64,000 nucleotides of DNA, from the NCBI GenBank assembly GCA_045126515.1, contig JBGVOM010000216.1, positions 2,187 to 66,186 of the forward strand, in the 5' to 3' direction. Under the pieces are notes generated by a model. It had not been told where the DNA came from. It did no database searches and saw only the letters and a program-made list of their open reading frames with translations. The stretch is from Lachnospiraceae bacterium. Its GTDB lineage: Bacteria; Bacillota; Clostridia; Lachnospirales; Lachnospiraceae. Shown here in pieces: positions 48,403 through 59,743 of the stretch (position 1 is the first letter of the stretch; the number at the start of each line of letters is the position of its first letter). Both the position numbers and the translations under genes were made by a program.

Positions 48403-50862
48403 ATGAAGAGAAAACACAAAGGGAAAAAAAGCATTCTTTTAGGAATGTTTGTGTTGCTTGCCTTGGGGCAAGTCGGCAGTGGAAAAAATATTGATACAGT
48501 ATATGCGAAGAGCATAACTCATACGGAAGTACTTACGGAAGAAAACGAAGAGAGAGAGGTAACGGCAACTCCAATTCCTACACCGGTTGAGGAAATTGTG
48601 GCGACGGTTACCTTTAACGGAAATGGAGGAACCTTCCCACAGAATGGAGGAGGTTATTCAGTAGTAAAGGAGTTTACTCAGAAAGATATAGAGCAGTTAC
48701 AGGACTACAAACTGTTATGTTCTAACTTTCCACTACCTGTAAAAAAGGGATATACTTTAAAGGAGTGGAGAAATTCAAATGGGGATAACAGGATTAAAAG
48801 TGCAATCATTGTAAAGGCAGGTAGTAATATCACTGTGAATGCCAGATGGACATTAGATAATTATACGATTCAATATCATGTAAATGGTGGTACTTTTATC
48901 AACGGAAGTAATAAAGTGTCTAAATACAATGTAAATAGTCCTGAGATTATCCTTCCGACTGCGGAAAAGAAAGGTCATTATTTTGGTGGTTGGTATACCA
49001 ATAGTGCTTTTCGTGGCAGAGCGTTGAATTCCATTCCAAAAGGAAGCACAGGAAATCTGAATCTTTATGCAAAATGGATTAATGCGGCACCTGCAAAAAT
49101 AGAATTTGATACTATTTCTGCAAAGGGAAAGAAACTCACAATAAAACTAAAAAGGATTGTAAATGCCAAGGGTTATGAAATAGTGGTTTCTACAAACAGA
49201 AATTTTTCCAGGGGAAAGACTGCTACCTATGCGATGGGAAACAGTGTGAACCTGACAATTTCGCAGCCGGCAAAGGGAAATTACTACATCAAAGCCCGTG
49301 CGTACGCATATGATGATTTAGGAAAAATCTGTTACGGAAAATACAGTGATATACAGAAGGCATCTATTAAGAGTTCTGTGAAAGAATATAAGGCGACTTC
49401 CAATTCTGCCAAAATCACGTCTGCCAAAGCAGTGACATCAAAACAAGTTACGGTAAAGGCAACCATAAATAAGCAGGTAAAGAGTAGTGATGATTTTTAT
49501 TATCTGGTAAAGGTGAATCCTTCCAACAACAAGCCGGTAAATTCTCTGTCAAAAGTATTTAAAGGAAAGAAAGTGGCATTTAATCTTGATACAGAAGATA
49601 AAGTAAATGTGGTATCAAAATTTGCCGTGGCAGTAAAGCAGAATGGAAATTATAAAATTATCAGTAAAGCAACTTACATAAGTAATCCTGAGAAAACGGC
49701 ATTTAACCAGATGGCATATGTGAAGCCGGCATCTAAGAAGGGAATTCATGGAGCAAATGATGTGAATCTTGGTGCAAAAAATACGATGTGTAATATTAAT
49801 CTGAATGATTTAATTACTACAAAAGGTAAAGGCACTGCTTATGTATACAATGGAAAGACATATTATTTTTCCAATACACAGCAGGGCTATGTAAAGGAGT
49901 GTAATGCTAACAATATCAGCGTTACCGTGATGCTCTATCTGCCGTGGGATGCACGAAATACATACTTAATCCATCCGTCTGGAAGAACCAAAGGGTATTA
50001 TTATTATGGATTAAATACAGTGGATGAAAAGGCGAGGGAAACTTTAGAGGCAGCATTCTGCTATCTTGGACAAAGTTTTGGAAAAGAGGACTGCTATGTT
50101 TCTAACTGGGTATTAGGGAATGAAGTCAATTCTCAGAAGATGTGGAATCATGTAGGAAATCTTTCCTTGAGTGATTATTCAAAATCTTATGCACAAGCAT
50201 TTCAGATGTTGAGCTATGGAATAAAATCATCTTACTCCAATGCAAGAATTTTTATACCATTAGATAACGCATGGGCGATTCCGGTATCTCAAATGGGTTG
50301 GAATGGAAAAACTTTCCTGTCAGCATTTGATAATGCCTTGAAGAAAGAGAGTCCGAAAACAAGATGGAACCTTGCATATCATGCATATTCCTATCCGTTG
50401 ACAACTACTGCATACGCAAGTAACCAATATGTAACCCGCAGTGAGCATTCACCGTATGTTACGATGAAAAACATAGAAGCCCTGACAAATTACATTAAAA
50501 AGCATTATGGAACGAAAACCAGAATTATTCTTTCTGAACAGGGATATACGGCAGATTTAGGAGAAAGGGCACAGGCAGCTTCTATTGCATATGGATACTA
50601 TAAGGCAGAATTCAATCCAATGATTGATGCGTTTATTATCCGTTCACAGTATGATCACGCAGGAGAAGCGGCACAGGGACTGTCTATGGGATTGTCAACA
50701 GTCAGTCACAAACGCAGAGAAGCGTATACCGTGTTCAAATATATGGACACGCCAAAATCGGAAAAATATACAAAGAAATATTTAAAAACCATCGGAGCAA
50801 AAAAATGGAAATCTATTATTCCGGGTTATAAAGCTTCGAAATTTAAGAAGATGAAAAATTAA
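48403..50862 (+). CDS. Secreted protein: Flg_new repeats + FN3-like + C-terminal GH5-like TIM-barrel (DUF5722-like) domain
   Basis: Signal peptide. Flg_new repeats (GYTLKEWRN, GHYFGGWY). Candidate catalytic acid in WVLGNEVN and nucleophile in ILSEQGYT. Confidence 0.5.
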   Translation: MKRKHKGKKSILLGMFVLLALGQVGSGKNIDTVYAKSITHTEVLTEENEEREVTATPIPTPVEEIVATVTFNGNGGTFPQNGGGYSVVKEFTQKDIEQLQDYKLLCSNFPLPVKKGYTLKEWRNSNGDNRIKSAIIVKAGSNITVNARWTLDNYTIQYHVNGGTFINGSNKVSKYNVNSPEIILPTAEKKGHYFGGWYTNSAFRGRALNSIPKGSTGNLNLYAKWINAAPAKIEFDTISAKGKKLTIKLKRIVNAKGYEIVVSTNRNFSRGKTATYAMGNSVNLTISQPAKGNYYIKARAYAYDDLGKICYGKYSDIQKASIKSSVKEYKATSNSAKITSAKAVTSKQVTVKATINKQVKSSDDFYYLVKVNPSNNKPVNSLSKVFKGKKVAFNLDTEDKVNVVSKFAVAVKQNGNYKIISKATYISNPEKTAFNQMAYVKPASKKGIHGANDVNLGAKNTMCNINLNDLITTKGKGTAYVYNGKTYYFSNTQQGYVKECNANNISVTVMLYLPWDARNTYLIHPSGRTKGYYYYGLNTVDEKARETLEAAFCYLGQSFGKEDCYVSNWVLGNEVNSQKMWNHVGNLSLSDYSKSYAQAFQMLSYGIKSSYSNARIFIPLDNAWAIPVSQMGWNGKTFLSAFDNALKKESPKTRWNLAYHAYSYPLTTTAYASNQYVTRSEHSPYVTMKNIEALTNYIKKHYGTKTRIILSEQGYTADLGERAQAASIAYGYYKAEFNPMIDAFIIRSQYDHAGEAAQGLSMGLSTVSHKRREAYTVFKYMDTPKSEKYTKKYLKTIGAKKWKSIIPGYKASKFKKMKN

Positions 50863-50878
50863 TAGAAAGGCTAAAGGT

Positions 50879-52018
50879 ATGAAAGGAGCAAAGAAACAGA
50901 TTCTTGGCTGGATAAAAAGGGAAAGTGTATTGACCATTGCCATAATACTTGCGCTGGTATCTGTGTGTTTGGTACCACCGGATAAGCAGTATGGACAGTA
51001 TATTGATTACAAGACTATTGGGTTGTTGTTCTGCCTTATGTCAGTGATGGCGGGGTATCAGAAATTAGGAATTTTTCAGTGGCTTGGAGAAACTCTTCTT
51101 ACTCATGTAAGGATGAGTCGGAGTGTGGCGGCAGTACTTATTTTCTTGTGCTTTTTTACAAGCATGTTTATCACCAACGATGTTTCTCTGCTGACTTTCG
51201 TGCCTTTTTCTATTATTGTGCTGGAAATGGCAGAAATGGAAGACTTGCTGGTGCCGGTAGTTGTGCTGCAGACCATTGCAGCTAATTTAGGGAGTATGAT
51301 ACTGCCCTTTGGAAATCCGCAGAATTTATATTTATACGGAAGGTCTGGTTATGGAATCTTACAATTTGTGGCAGTGATACTTCCCTATGGTATGGTATCA
51401 TTTTGTTTGTTGATAATTAACATATTAGGTATTAAAAAGGTGCCGGTGACATTGCAGAGTTTCAAAAAATATTCCAGAGAAGAAAAGTTTGACAAGTTGA
51501 GAATCACTGCCTATACTGTGCTGTTTGGGCTGTGTGTGTTGGCGGTGGCCCATCTTATGTCCTGGATGCTTGTATTGGCGGTCGTTGTTGTAGCAATTTT
51601 TTGTCTGGATAAAGAATTATTCCGTAGAGTAGATTATTCGCTATTGCTTACTTTTTTATTTCTATTTGTGTTTATAGGGAATTTAGCCAGAATCCCCTTC
51701 TTTTGTAACTTTCTGGAAGGTGTTTTAGAAGGAAATGAAATGATAACGGCGGTGCTTGCCAGCCAGTTTATCAGTAATGTTCCGGCGGCATTGCTGTTGT
51801 CAGGATTCACCAGCCATTGGGAAAGTTTGATTATAGGAACTAATCTTGGAGGTCTTGGAACTTTAATTGCCTCTATGGCAAGTCTGATTTCTTATAAACA
51901 AGTGGTACAGAAAAAGCCACAGCTTAAGAAGAAGTATTTTGTAATTTTTACTATCACGAATGTGATTTACTTAAGTATACTTATAATCACTTGGTTGATT
52001 ATTACATCTTTTCTGTGA
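50879..52018 (+). CDS. ArsB/NhaD-superfamily (SLC13/CitMHS-like) anion permease
   Basis: 379 aa and polytopic, with the internal duplication and hairpin-loop pattern typical of this superfamily. Confidence 0.5.
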   Translation: MKGAKKQILGWIKRESVLTIAIILALVSVCLVPPDKQYGQYIDYKTIGLLFCLMSVMAGYQKLGIFQWLGETLLTHVRMSRSVAAVLIFLCFFTSMFITNDVSLLTFVPFSIIVLEMAEMEDLLVPVVVLQTIAANLGSMILPFGNPQNLYLYGRSGYGILQFVAVILPYGMVSFCLLIINILGIKKVPVTLQSFKKYSREEKFDKLRITAYTVLFGLCVLAVAHLMSWMLVLAVVVVAIFCLDKELFRRVDYSLLLTFLFLFVFIGNLARIPFFCNFLEGVLEGNEMITAVLASQFISNVPAALLLSGFTSHWESLIIGTNLGGLGTLIASMASLISYKQVVQKKPQLKKKYFVIFTITNVIYLSILIITWLIITSFL

Positions 52019-52041
52019 TGCCCGCGTAAGGCATCACAGTT
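52012..52041. terminator. Bidirectional hairpin between convergent genes (tgtgatgcc-cgcgtaa-ggcatcaca)
   Basis: Read directly. Confidence 0.5.
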
Positions 52042-53338
52042 CTATGCAAAACACAGTTCCACAGGGATTGTTGTCTTCAATCCATATTTTCCCCTTATGT
52101 GCAAGAATGATTTCTTTGGCAATGCAAAGTCCAAGGCCAAAATGCTCTTTTTCTGTGTGGGCATTATCAGAGCGGTAAAAACGTTCAAATACCAGCTTCT
52201 TTTCAGAATCAGCAATGCCGGGACCAGTATCTGCCACGGAGAAACAATATTTTGCGGCGGATGTTAAACCTAAGGAGAGAGTTACGGTGCCACCCCGTGG
52301 TGTGTAGGAAAGAGCATTATCCATAAGGATAGATAACACTTGCACCATTCGCTCCATGTCACAATAACAGTCAGACAACAGTTCATCTGGCAGAGAAATT
52401 CTTAGGGAAATCTCTTTTCGTCTGGCAAGAGTTTCATACTTTTCATACACGTTTAATAGAATAAGATCTGGCTGACAGTTGCCTGGCTGCAAATGAAAAT
52501 GTTTAGAATCCGAATTGGCTAAAAGTAGCATATCGGAAATTAAATGTTGCATTCGTGCTCCTTCTTCTTCCATAATTTTGGAAAAATGTATCTGTTCTTC
52601 TTTGCAATCTGTTTTTTTCATTGCCTCTAAAGCAGATAAAATTACTGTTAGAGGAGTACGAAGTTCATGAGAGGCAGAAGCCACAAATTGTGTTTGCTTT
52701 TTACGGTTCTCCTCTAGTGGAAGTAACATTTTTCCGGTAAAGAACCAGGAGAAGAACGAGAGAAGAATGACGCCAAGAATGTCAGCACCTAGAATGAAAA
52801 GACGCAGTGTCCAAATTTGATGTTTCTGGTGTGTCTGAGAGAGTAGTAATATAAAACTTAAGTCTCCGCCTGCTTTTGGAATAATTCCTGCAGACACATA
52901 GTAGCTTTCTTTACGGTTAAGTTTAAAGGAAAATTCTTCGTGCACCGGAAAAAGGCTGGAGGTACTCTGAAAAATATTAAGCTGGAATACGCTTTCTGCA
53001 TGTTCCATTATTTTTTCTAACAACAGAGTTTCTTGTTGCTTTTTTTGCGGTGAAGTGGACGAATGGAGCTGTCGGTATAATAATTCCTGTCCATTGTCAT
53101 ATAAATAAATTTGAAAATTACCGGTATCACGCATTTGGTTTAACCACTGGTGAGATATGGCTGTTTCTCCCTGTAAATGGAGAATTACGGTATTTACTTC
53201 CTTTAAAAAAGAAGCATAACTGTTCCTCTTCATATTGCTTTCAGCAAAGAAAAGGCAGGTACAGGAAAGAGCAATTAAAATAAAACCGGTGACAAAAATG
53301 CAGAATAAAGTCATTTTCTTATGTAAGTTACGAAACAT
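52034..53338 (-). CDS. Sensor histidine kinase (HAMP-less, two TM)
   Basis: H-box ASHELRTPLT. N/G boxes ending GLGLCIAKEIILAHKGKIWIE. The ATG at 53336-53338 follows GGGAGG; the track's longer N-terminus is unlikely. Confidence 0.75.
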   Translation of the reverse strand: MFRNLHKKMTLFCIFVTGFILIALSCTCLFFAESNMKRNSYASFLKEVNTVILHLQGETAISHQWLNQMRDTGNFQIYLYDNGQELLYRQLHSSTSPQKKQQETLLLEKIMEHAESVFQLNIFQSTSSLFPVHEEFSFKLNRKESYYVSAGIIPKAGGDLSFILLLSQTHQKHQIWTLRLFILGADILGVILLSFFSWFFTGKMLLPLEENRKKQTQFVASASHELRTPLTVILSALEAMKKTDCKEEQIHFSKIMEEEGARMQHLISDMLLLANSDSKHFHLQPGNCQPDLILLNVYEKYETLARRKEISLRISLPDELLSDCYCDMERMVQVLSILMDNALSYTPRGGTVTLSLGLTSAAKYCFSVADTGPGIADSEKKLVFERFYRSDNAHTEKEHFGLGLCIAKEIILAHKGKIWIEDNNPCGTVFCIEL

Positions 53339-53358
53339 AAACTTTCCTCCCTGTGGAC

Positions 53359-54030
53359 TTAATCTTCTAACATGTATCCGATGCCACGAATGGTTTTTAG
53401 ATTCAAACGGCTGCTTACATATTTTAAGCGTTTTCTTAAAAAGTGAATATAAGTATCTAAATTTCCTTCTTCCACTTCGGCATCGGTACCCCATACTCTG
53501 GAAAGAATTACCATGCGTCGCAGGGAAGTTCCGGGATTTTGGAGAAATACTTCCAATAAACGTCCTTCTCGTCCGGAAAGCTGCAATGTATTTCCGGGAC
53601 CTTTTAATTCTCTTAATCCTGTATCATAAGTCACATCGCCGAAAGTAAGCAGGTGGTCATCGCTGTAGCTTCCGTTCCTCCTGCCAATAGAGCGAATCCG
53701 TGCGGATAATTCCTCAAAAGAAAACGGCTTTACAATATAATCGTCTGCACCGGTGTCCAGTCCTTCAATGCGGTCATAAAGTTCCCCTAAGGCAGTGAGT
53801 ATGATGACTGGTGTCATGATTCCATGTTCTCTGGCTTTTCGCAAGACCAGAAGTCCATTCATGGTAGGAAGCATACGGTCTAAGAGTACAAGGTCATGGG
53901 CATCCTGCAAAAATAAATCCAGTCCGTCCCTGCCATCGTGGCAGACCTCAACGCTGTGATGCTCCTTTTCTAATTGAAAGGAAAGAGTGTCACAGAGATT
54001 TTTGTCATCTTCTATAAGTAGGATTTTCAT
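53359..54030 (-). CDS. OmpR-family response regulator
   Basis: MKILLIEDD receiver domain with Asp in LVLLD and a C-terminal winged-helix trans_reg_C domain. GGAGG RBS. Confidence 0.85.
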   Translation of the reverse strand: MKILLIEDDKNLCDTLSFQLEKEHHSVEVCHDGRDGLDLFLQDAHDLVLLDRMLPTMNGLLVLRKAREHGIMTPVIILTALGELYDRIEGLDTGADDYIVKPFSFEELSARIRSIGRRNGSYSDDHLLTFGDVTYDTGLRELKGPGNTLQLSGREGRLLEVFLQNPGTSLRRMVILSRVWGTDAEVEEGNLDTYIHFLRKRLKYVSSRLNLKTIRGIGYMLED

Positions 54031-54208
54031 GTGAAACCTCCTGATTTTGTTTTTCTTGTTGTATAACATAGTATAGCATAGAATTCTTAAAACAATCTTT
54101 AAAATAACAAGAAAATTAAAGCTGATTTTAAAGAAAGTTTAAAGAAAAATCTGTTAGACTAAATTACGTTGAAGCAAGGAAAAACGAAAAAAGGAAGGAA
54201 ATGACATA

Positions 54209-56566
54209 ATGAAAAAATGCAGTAAATTTATATCAATGATATTGACGACTGCCTTAATGTTTGGGCTGGTGGCATGCGGAAATTCAGAAAATGGAGCTGA
54301 TACGAAAAAGGATGTTGCTCAGAATACGGAAAACACAGAGGCAGTAAAAGGAAGATTTATAGAATCCCAGGTAACCCTTCCGGATGGTGTAAATGAAATC
54401 CGGGCAGCGGCAAAATTGGCAGACGGAAGTTTGGAACTGGTGGGAAACATAGGTCAGACAGGTACAGATTGTTTGTTAACATCTACAGATGAAGGAGAAA
54501 ACTGGCAGGTGAAAGAACTGGAATCTTTAAAGTATTCTTATATATCTAATGTGGCAATCAGAAATGACGGGACAGTGGCTTATGTGGGATATTTTGAAGA
54601 AGATGGTCAAAGTGAATCGTCTGATTTGAATAATAAGGAAAGCTTAAAACTGGTTTCTAAGAAAGGGGAAGTACAAGATATTGATTTTACACTTCCCCAA
54701 AACAAGGAATCTATAGGAGAAGGTAACGTGGAATTCCAGATGGCTTCAGGTGAAGACGAGCAAATGACTGCCATAGATAACCTTGTATCTCAGACAGCCT
54801 TTGACGAAGAGGGAAACTTGATTTTACAGGATTTGTATTCTACATTTTATAAACTGGATACAGAGACCGGAGAATTAAGTGAAATATATGTGCCAAAAGA
54901 AGAAATGATTTCTTATTTCGGAATGGCGGGAAGCAGAGTGTATGCGGTATCGGATAATGGAATGAAAATTTTTTCCGGTGACGATGGAAGTGAGGCGGCT
55001 ACAGACTCCGTTTTAGATGAAGTGGCAAAGAAATATGTGGAAGGTTCATCCACACCGGGATATCTGCCTATGATTATGACAAAAGGAATGGAAGAAAATA
55101 GTCTTGTATATGCTAATCATCAGGGGGTATTTTATCATCTGGAAAATGGAAGTGTTAGTGAGCAGTTAATCAACGGGGAACTTTGCTCTTTGAGTGATAC
55201 CAGTTTAGCACTGGCAGGAATTGTAATGATAAATGAGAAAAGTTACTTGATTTCAGCTATGGATTCTATGGGAAATCCGAAAGTTTTAAAATATGTATAT
55301 GATGAAAAGGCTTCTTCTGTTCCGGAAAAACAGTTGAAAGTATATGCCTTAGAGGATTCTAATCTTTTACGTCAGGCAGTAGCTAATTTTCAGACAACGC
55401 ATCAGGATACTTTTGTAAAAGTGGAAATCGGAATCAGCGAAGAAAATGGAGTTACAGCAGAAGATGCACTTCGCACCTTAAATACAGATATTCTAGCAGG
55501 AAAAGGACCGGATATTCTTATTTTAGATGGTATGCCAGTGGAGAGTTATATAGAGAAAGGGATTTTGGCAGATATCAAGGGATTGATAGATGAAATAGAT
55601 ATTTCTGACGGAATGTTTTCTAACATTAAGAAGTGTTACGAAAGGGATGGAAGTATTTACTGTATGCCTTGCCGTTTTAAAATTCCGGTAATTTCGGGAA
55701 GTAAAGAGGCAGTAGAAACAGGCAGTGCAGAAGAATTGTTAAATTATGGAAAAGGTTTGAAAGAAGAAGGAAAAGCAGTATTTTCAGTTGGTGGAACCAA
55801 CGGTATCCTGGGAGAACTCTTTCAGGTGGAATCTGCAGAATGGATTGGAAATGAAGGAGTGATAGAGCAAAGTAAGCTGGAAAGCTATCTAAAGACAGCA
55901 AAAGAAATGTATGATTTAGACAGCGACATTCAGAACAGACAGAGCGAGGGAAGGTATGCATATACTGGGTTTAACGGCTATAATCTGGGAAGCATTTCTT
56001 CCATGGAAAGATTGATAAAAGAATGTCAGATTTCATATGGAACACTGTCAAATTTATACGAGCTAAAAGACTTGCTTTCCATTGAAAAGCAGCTAGGGGG
56101 AACTTATGACATATTCCGTAAACAGGAAATAAAAGGTTTTGTTCCATATCTGATGGCGGGTATTGTCAGTGGAAAAGAAGAGGAGAAGGATGTACAGGAG
56201 TTTATTAAGGTCTTGTTTAGTAAAGAATGTGGTTTGCAGTCAGAATCAGGATTTCCGGTAAATAAGGCTGCTTATCAAGAGTTATGTGAGAAGGAAATAG
56301 AATCAGGAGAAAACAAAGAGAATACATCTGTGGCTATGTGTACCGAAGATGGCACGATGATATCCTATGAGCATACACCACTTACTAAGGAAGAAATTAA
56401 TGGACTGACGGAAAAAATAGAAAGCATGGAAAAACCAATCATTACAGACAGAATTATTCAAGAGTTGGTAATGGAGGAAGGAAGTAAATATCTGACAGGC
56501 GACCAGTCTTTCGAAGATACAAGTGCCGCGATTATGCAGAAAGTAAAATTATATCTTTCAGAATAA
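54209..56566 (+). CDS. Lipoprotein: N-terminal BNR/Asp-box-containing domain fused to extracellular solute-binding (family 1) domain
   Basis: Lipobox LVAC. BNR-like STDEGENW. The C-terminal half is SBP-like (ILAGKGPDILILDG). It precedes two ABC sugar permeases. Confidence 0.55.
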   Translation: MKKCSKFISMILTTALMFGLVACGNSENGADTKKDVAQNTENTEAVKGRFIESQVTLPDGVNEIRAAAKLADGSLELVGNIGQTGTDCLLTSTDEGENWQVKELESLKYSYISNVAIRNDGTVAYVGYFEEDGQSESSDLNNKESLKLVSKKGEVQDIDFTLPQNKESIGEGNVEFQMASGEDEQMTAIDNLVSQTAFDEEGNLILQDLYSTFYKLDTETGELSEIYVPKEEMISYFGMAGSRVYAVSDNGMKIFSGDDGSEAATDSVLDEVAKKYVEGSSTPGYLPMIMTKGMEENSLVYANHQGVFYHLENGSVSEQLINGELCSLSDTSLALAGIVMINEKSYLISAMDSMGNPKVLKYVYDEKASSVPEKQLKVYALEDSNLLRQAVANFQTTHQDTFVKVEIGISEENGVTAEDALRTLNTDILAGKGPDILILDGMPVESYIEKGILADIKGLIDEIDISDGMFSNIKKCYERDGSIYCMPCRFKIPVISGSKEAVETGSAEELLNYGKGLKEEGKAVFSVGGTNGILGELFQVESAEWIGNEGVIEQSKLESYLKTAKEMYDLDSDIQNRQSEGRYAYTGFNGYNLGSISSMERLIKECQISYGTLSNLYELKDLLSIEKQLGGTYDIFRKQEIKGFVPYLMAGIVSGKEEEKDVQEFIKVLFSKECGLQSESGFPVNKAAYQELCEKEIESGENKENTSVAMCTEDGTMISYEHTPLTKEEINGLTEKIESMEKPIITDRIIQELVMEEGSKYLTGDQSFEDTSAAIMQKVKLYLSE

Positions 56567-56575
56567 GGTAAGGTT

Positions 56576-57406
56576 ATGAAATCAAAAAAGGGAATTTTGT
56601 TTGTAATACCGGGATTAGCAGGAGTTATCCTATTTTATCTTCTGCCTTTCCTGGATGTGGCAGTACGCTCCTTTCGGCGAATAAATGGAGAATTCTGTGG
56701 TTTTGATAATTATCGGCAGGTAATCGAAAATAAAGCCTTCGGACTGGCGGTAGGAAATACGGTTCATTTTGTACTGGTTTGTCTGCCATTGCTTTTAGGA
56801 TTGTCCTTGGTGGTAGCTGCAATGCTGCAAAGAGGGGGAAATGGAGCAAAGTTTTGTAAAAGCGGTTATCTCATACCTCTTGCAGTTCCTGCCGCCGGGA
56901 TTGTGCTGCTGTGGAAATTAGTCTTTGACAGTCATGGCATGTTAAATCATTTATTGAGTTTATTAGGAAAAAATACGGTGGACTTTATGAACACCAACGC
57001 TGCTTTTTATGTACTGGTGTTTAGTTATATTTGGAAAAATCTTGGCTATACAGTGGTGCTGTGGAGTGCAGGGCTTTCCGCCATTCCGGAAAGTATTTAT
57101 GAGGCAGCAGCGGTGGATGGTGCTGGAAAGTTCCGAACTTTTGTAAGAATTACACTGCCCAATTTAAAGCAAAGTGCATTTACTATTGTAGTAATTTCTT
57201 TTTTAAACTCTTTTAAGGTGTTTCGGGAGGCATATCTGGTGGCGGGAAGTTATCCCCAGGAAAGCATTTACATGTTACAGCATTTGTTTAATAACTGGTT
57301 TCGGGAGTTGTCCACAGATAAAATGGCAGCGGCGGCGGTGTTTCTATTTCTTGTAATTTTGTTGTTTGTGTGCATATTGCAGCACAGTTGGGAGGAAGAA
57401 CGTTGA
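56576..57406 (+). CDS. Carbohydrate ABC transporter permease (MalF-like)
   Basis: Six TM helices and the EAA-like motif region AAAVDGAGKFRTFVRITLP. Confidence 0.8.
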   Translation: MKSKKGILFVIPGLAGVILFYLLPFLDVAVRSFRRINGEFCGFDNYRQVIENKAFGLAVGNTVHFVLVCLPLLLGLSLVVAAMLQRGGNGAKFCKSGYLIPLAVPAAGIVLLWKLVFDSHGMLNHLLSLLGKNTVDFMNTNAAFYVLVFSYIWKNLGYTVVLWSAGLSAIPESIYEAAAVDGAGKFRTFVRITLPNLKQSAFTIVVISFLNSFKVFREAYLVAGSYPQESIYMLQHLFNNWFRELSTDKMAAAAVFLFLVILLFVCILQHSWEEER

Positions 57407-57419
57407 AATCTGTTGCATA

Positions 57420-58257
57420 TATGAGAAAAATTATCAAAATAATTTTGTTGGGGATTTGTGTTGGGATAACTGTCAGTCCGTTGTTATTTCTATTATCAGG
57501 TTCTTTTATGGGTCAGTTAGAACTATCGGAATTGATTGCCCCGGTCACAAAAGGGACAGAGGGTATGGCGGGCTGGCGGTTGATTCCCAAATATCCTACA
57601 CTACAGAATATTATAGAACTTTTGATGGATTCACCGGAATTTTACCAGATGTTTTGGAATTCTGTAAAAATAACCGTAATTATTCTGGCAGGGCAGCTTG
57701 TCTTTGGCATGCCTTCTGCCTGGGGACTGGCAAGATACGAATTTTTAGGGAAGAAACAGATTTATTTTCTGTATATTATTTTGATGATGCTTCCCTTTCA
57801 GGTGACCATGCTTTCTGAATATCTGGTGCTTGACAAATTTCATCTGCTGAATACTCACGCTTCCGTTTACCTGCCTGGAATTTTTTCAACATTTTCTGTG
57901 TTTTTAATGTATCGTTTTTTTGCAAGCATTCCGGAGGAAGTATTAGAAGCGGCAAGGATAGATGGTGCCGGTGAGTGGCAGGTGTTTTGTTATGTGGGAA
58001 TACCTTTAGGGCATGCAGGAATTATAAGTGCCATAGTGCTGCAGTTTTTAGAATGTTGGAATCAGATAGAACGTCCTATAACCTTTTTAAAAACAAAAGG
58101 ATTGTGGCCATTGGCATTATATTTGCCGGAGATTAGCATGGAAAAGGCAGGATTTGCTATGTGTGCAGCACTAGTGTCATTGCTGCCGGCATTGTTTGTG
58201 TTTCTTTATGGTCAGGACTATTTAGAGCAGGGAATAACGGCAACGGTGCAAAAGTAA
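57420..58257 (+). CDS. Carbohydrate ABC transporter permease (MalG-like)
   Basis: EAARIDGAGEWQVFCYVGIPL. The start is probably MRKIIKIIL at about 57420. Confidence 0.8.
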
Positions 58258-58303
58258 CAGTTGTTTTTTTAGGTCCGGTAATAAAAAAGGAAAGAGATGA
58301 CTT

Positions 58304-59743
58304 ATGAAAAAAATTGCATTAAAAGGTTTAAGCGTGATTCTCATTATTATGTTTCTCTGTACAGTTATATCCAGAGCGGCAGATTCTCTTACTGTGGCGA
58401 AGGTTACTGTGGAAACGGCAAGTGCAAAAAAGATTGAGCATATGGTAGAAGCAGAAGGAACAGTGGAAAAGAATCAGGAACTTGCGGTAGTGACGGAGGA
58501 AAATCTGCTGGTAAAAGCAGTGTATGTCAGTGAAGGTGAGAAGGTAGAAGAAAATGAAGTGTTAGCCCAGGTGGATTTATCCCAGTTAGAGGAAGTAATG
58601 CAGGGAATCCGAAATGAAATCAAAACTTTACAGCTGCAAAACACTCAGGCAAAGAAAACAGTGGATAATGCACAAAAGAGTAAAGAGATAACACAAAAAA
58701 GGGCAAGTGAGGATTACAACAAGGCAGTGCAGGAAAATACGGCTGCTGTGCAAAAAGCACAAAAAGAATTGCAGGAGGCAAAGGAAGCCCTGAGCACCTA
58801 CGAAGAATCACAAAAAAATACAATTGATAAAAGTCTTGGTGCGGAGAAAAGTGCGGAGGACTTGCAAAAGAATGCGGAGCTATCAAAAGATACACAGGAA
58901 GCCGCTTCTGACGGTACAGATTCTCAGAACTCAGAAAATCAGCAAACCCAGCTGCAAAGTCTGCAGGCAGAGGTAAAGCGTGCGCAGGAGACATACAGTA
59001 CAGCTGTAGCAGCTTATCAACAGGCAGTTGGGGAATCAGAAAGACAGATGGAGGATGCAGATAACACTTTCGTTTCCGAAGATGCATCTGTTGAAATTAA
59101 CGAGATTACAATAGAAGAAAAGCAGAAAAAACTGGAGAAACTGCAAAAAGTAAAACAGGCAGAAGGAAATATTCTGTCACCTGTTTCCGGAGTGGTTATC
59201 CAGAGTTTTCTTTCCGTTGGACAGAAAACCAGCGATACGGCAGCGTTTACTCTGGCAGACATTAGTTCCGGTATGCGGTTTGTGGCAGAAATCAATAAGG
59301 AAGATAAAAAATATGTGCAGGCAGGGGATGCGGTTACTTTGAAAGTAACAGGAGGTACTGTGTCTGACTTAAAAGTTGAAACTATAGAAAAGAAGGAGGG
59401 CAGCGAAAACTTTGTTGCAACAGTGCTTTTGCCGCCGGATAAGTTATCTATTGGTGACAGTGCAACGATGAGTATTGTGAAGCAATCAGAGTTATATGGG
59501 ACAGCGGTGCCGTACAGTGCAGTCCATAGTAAAGACGATAAGGATTATGTGTATGTGGCAGAACAGGAAGAAACTATATTAGGAAAAGAATATGTTGTAA
59601 GAGCCGTTGAGGTGGAGATTATGGATAAAAATGACAAATATGCTGCATTGTCGGAACAGGCAGTTGATATGGAAGCAAATATTATTACAGAGTCGGATCG
59701 TTACATTGAGGCAGGCAGCCGGGTGCGCCTGCAAAATCCGTGA
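58304..59743 (+). CDS. HlyD-like periplasmic adaptor / membrane-fusion protein
   Basis: N-terminal TM, a long coiled coil, and a beta-barrel C-terminal domain. Confidence 0.55.
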   Translation: MKKIALKGLSVILIIMFLCTVISRAADSLTVAKVTVETASAKKIEHMVEAEGTVEKNQELAVVTEENLLVKAVYVSEGEKVEENEVLAQVDLSQLEEVMQGIRNEIKTLQLQNTQAKKTVDNAQKSKEITQKRASEDYNKAVQENTAAVQKAQKELQEAKEALSTYEESQKNTIDKSLGAEKSAEDLQKNAELSKDTQEAASDGTDSQNSENQQTQLQSLQAEVKRAQETYSTAVAAYQQAVGESERQMEDADNTFVSEDASVEINEITIEEKQKKLEKLQKVKQAEGNILSPVSGVVIQSFLSVGQKTSDTAAFTLADISSGMRFVAEINKEDKKYVQAGDAVTLKVTGGTVSDLKVETIEKKEGSENFVATVLLPPDKLSIGDSATMSIVKQSELYGTAVPYSAVHSKDDKDYVYVAEQEETILGKEYVVRAVEVEIMDKNDKYAALSEQAVDMEANIITESDRYIEAGSRVRLQNP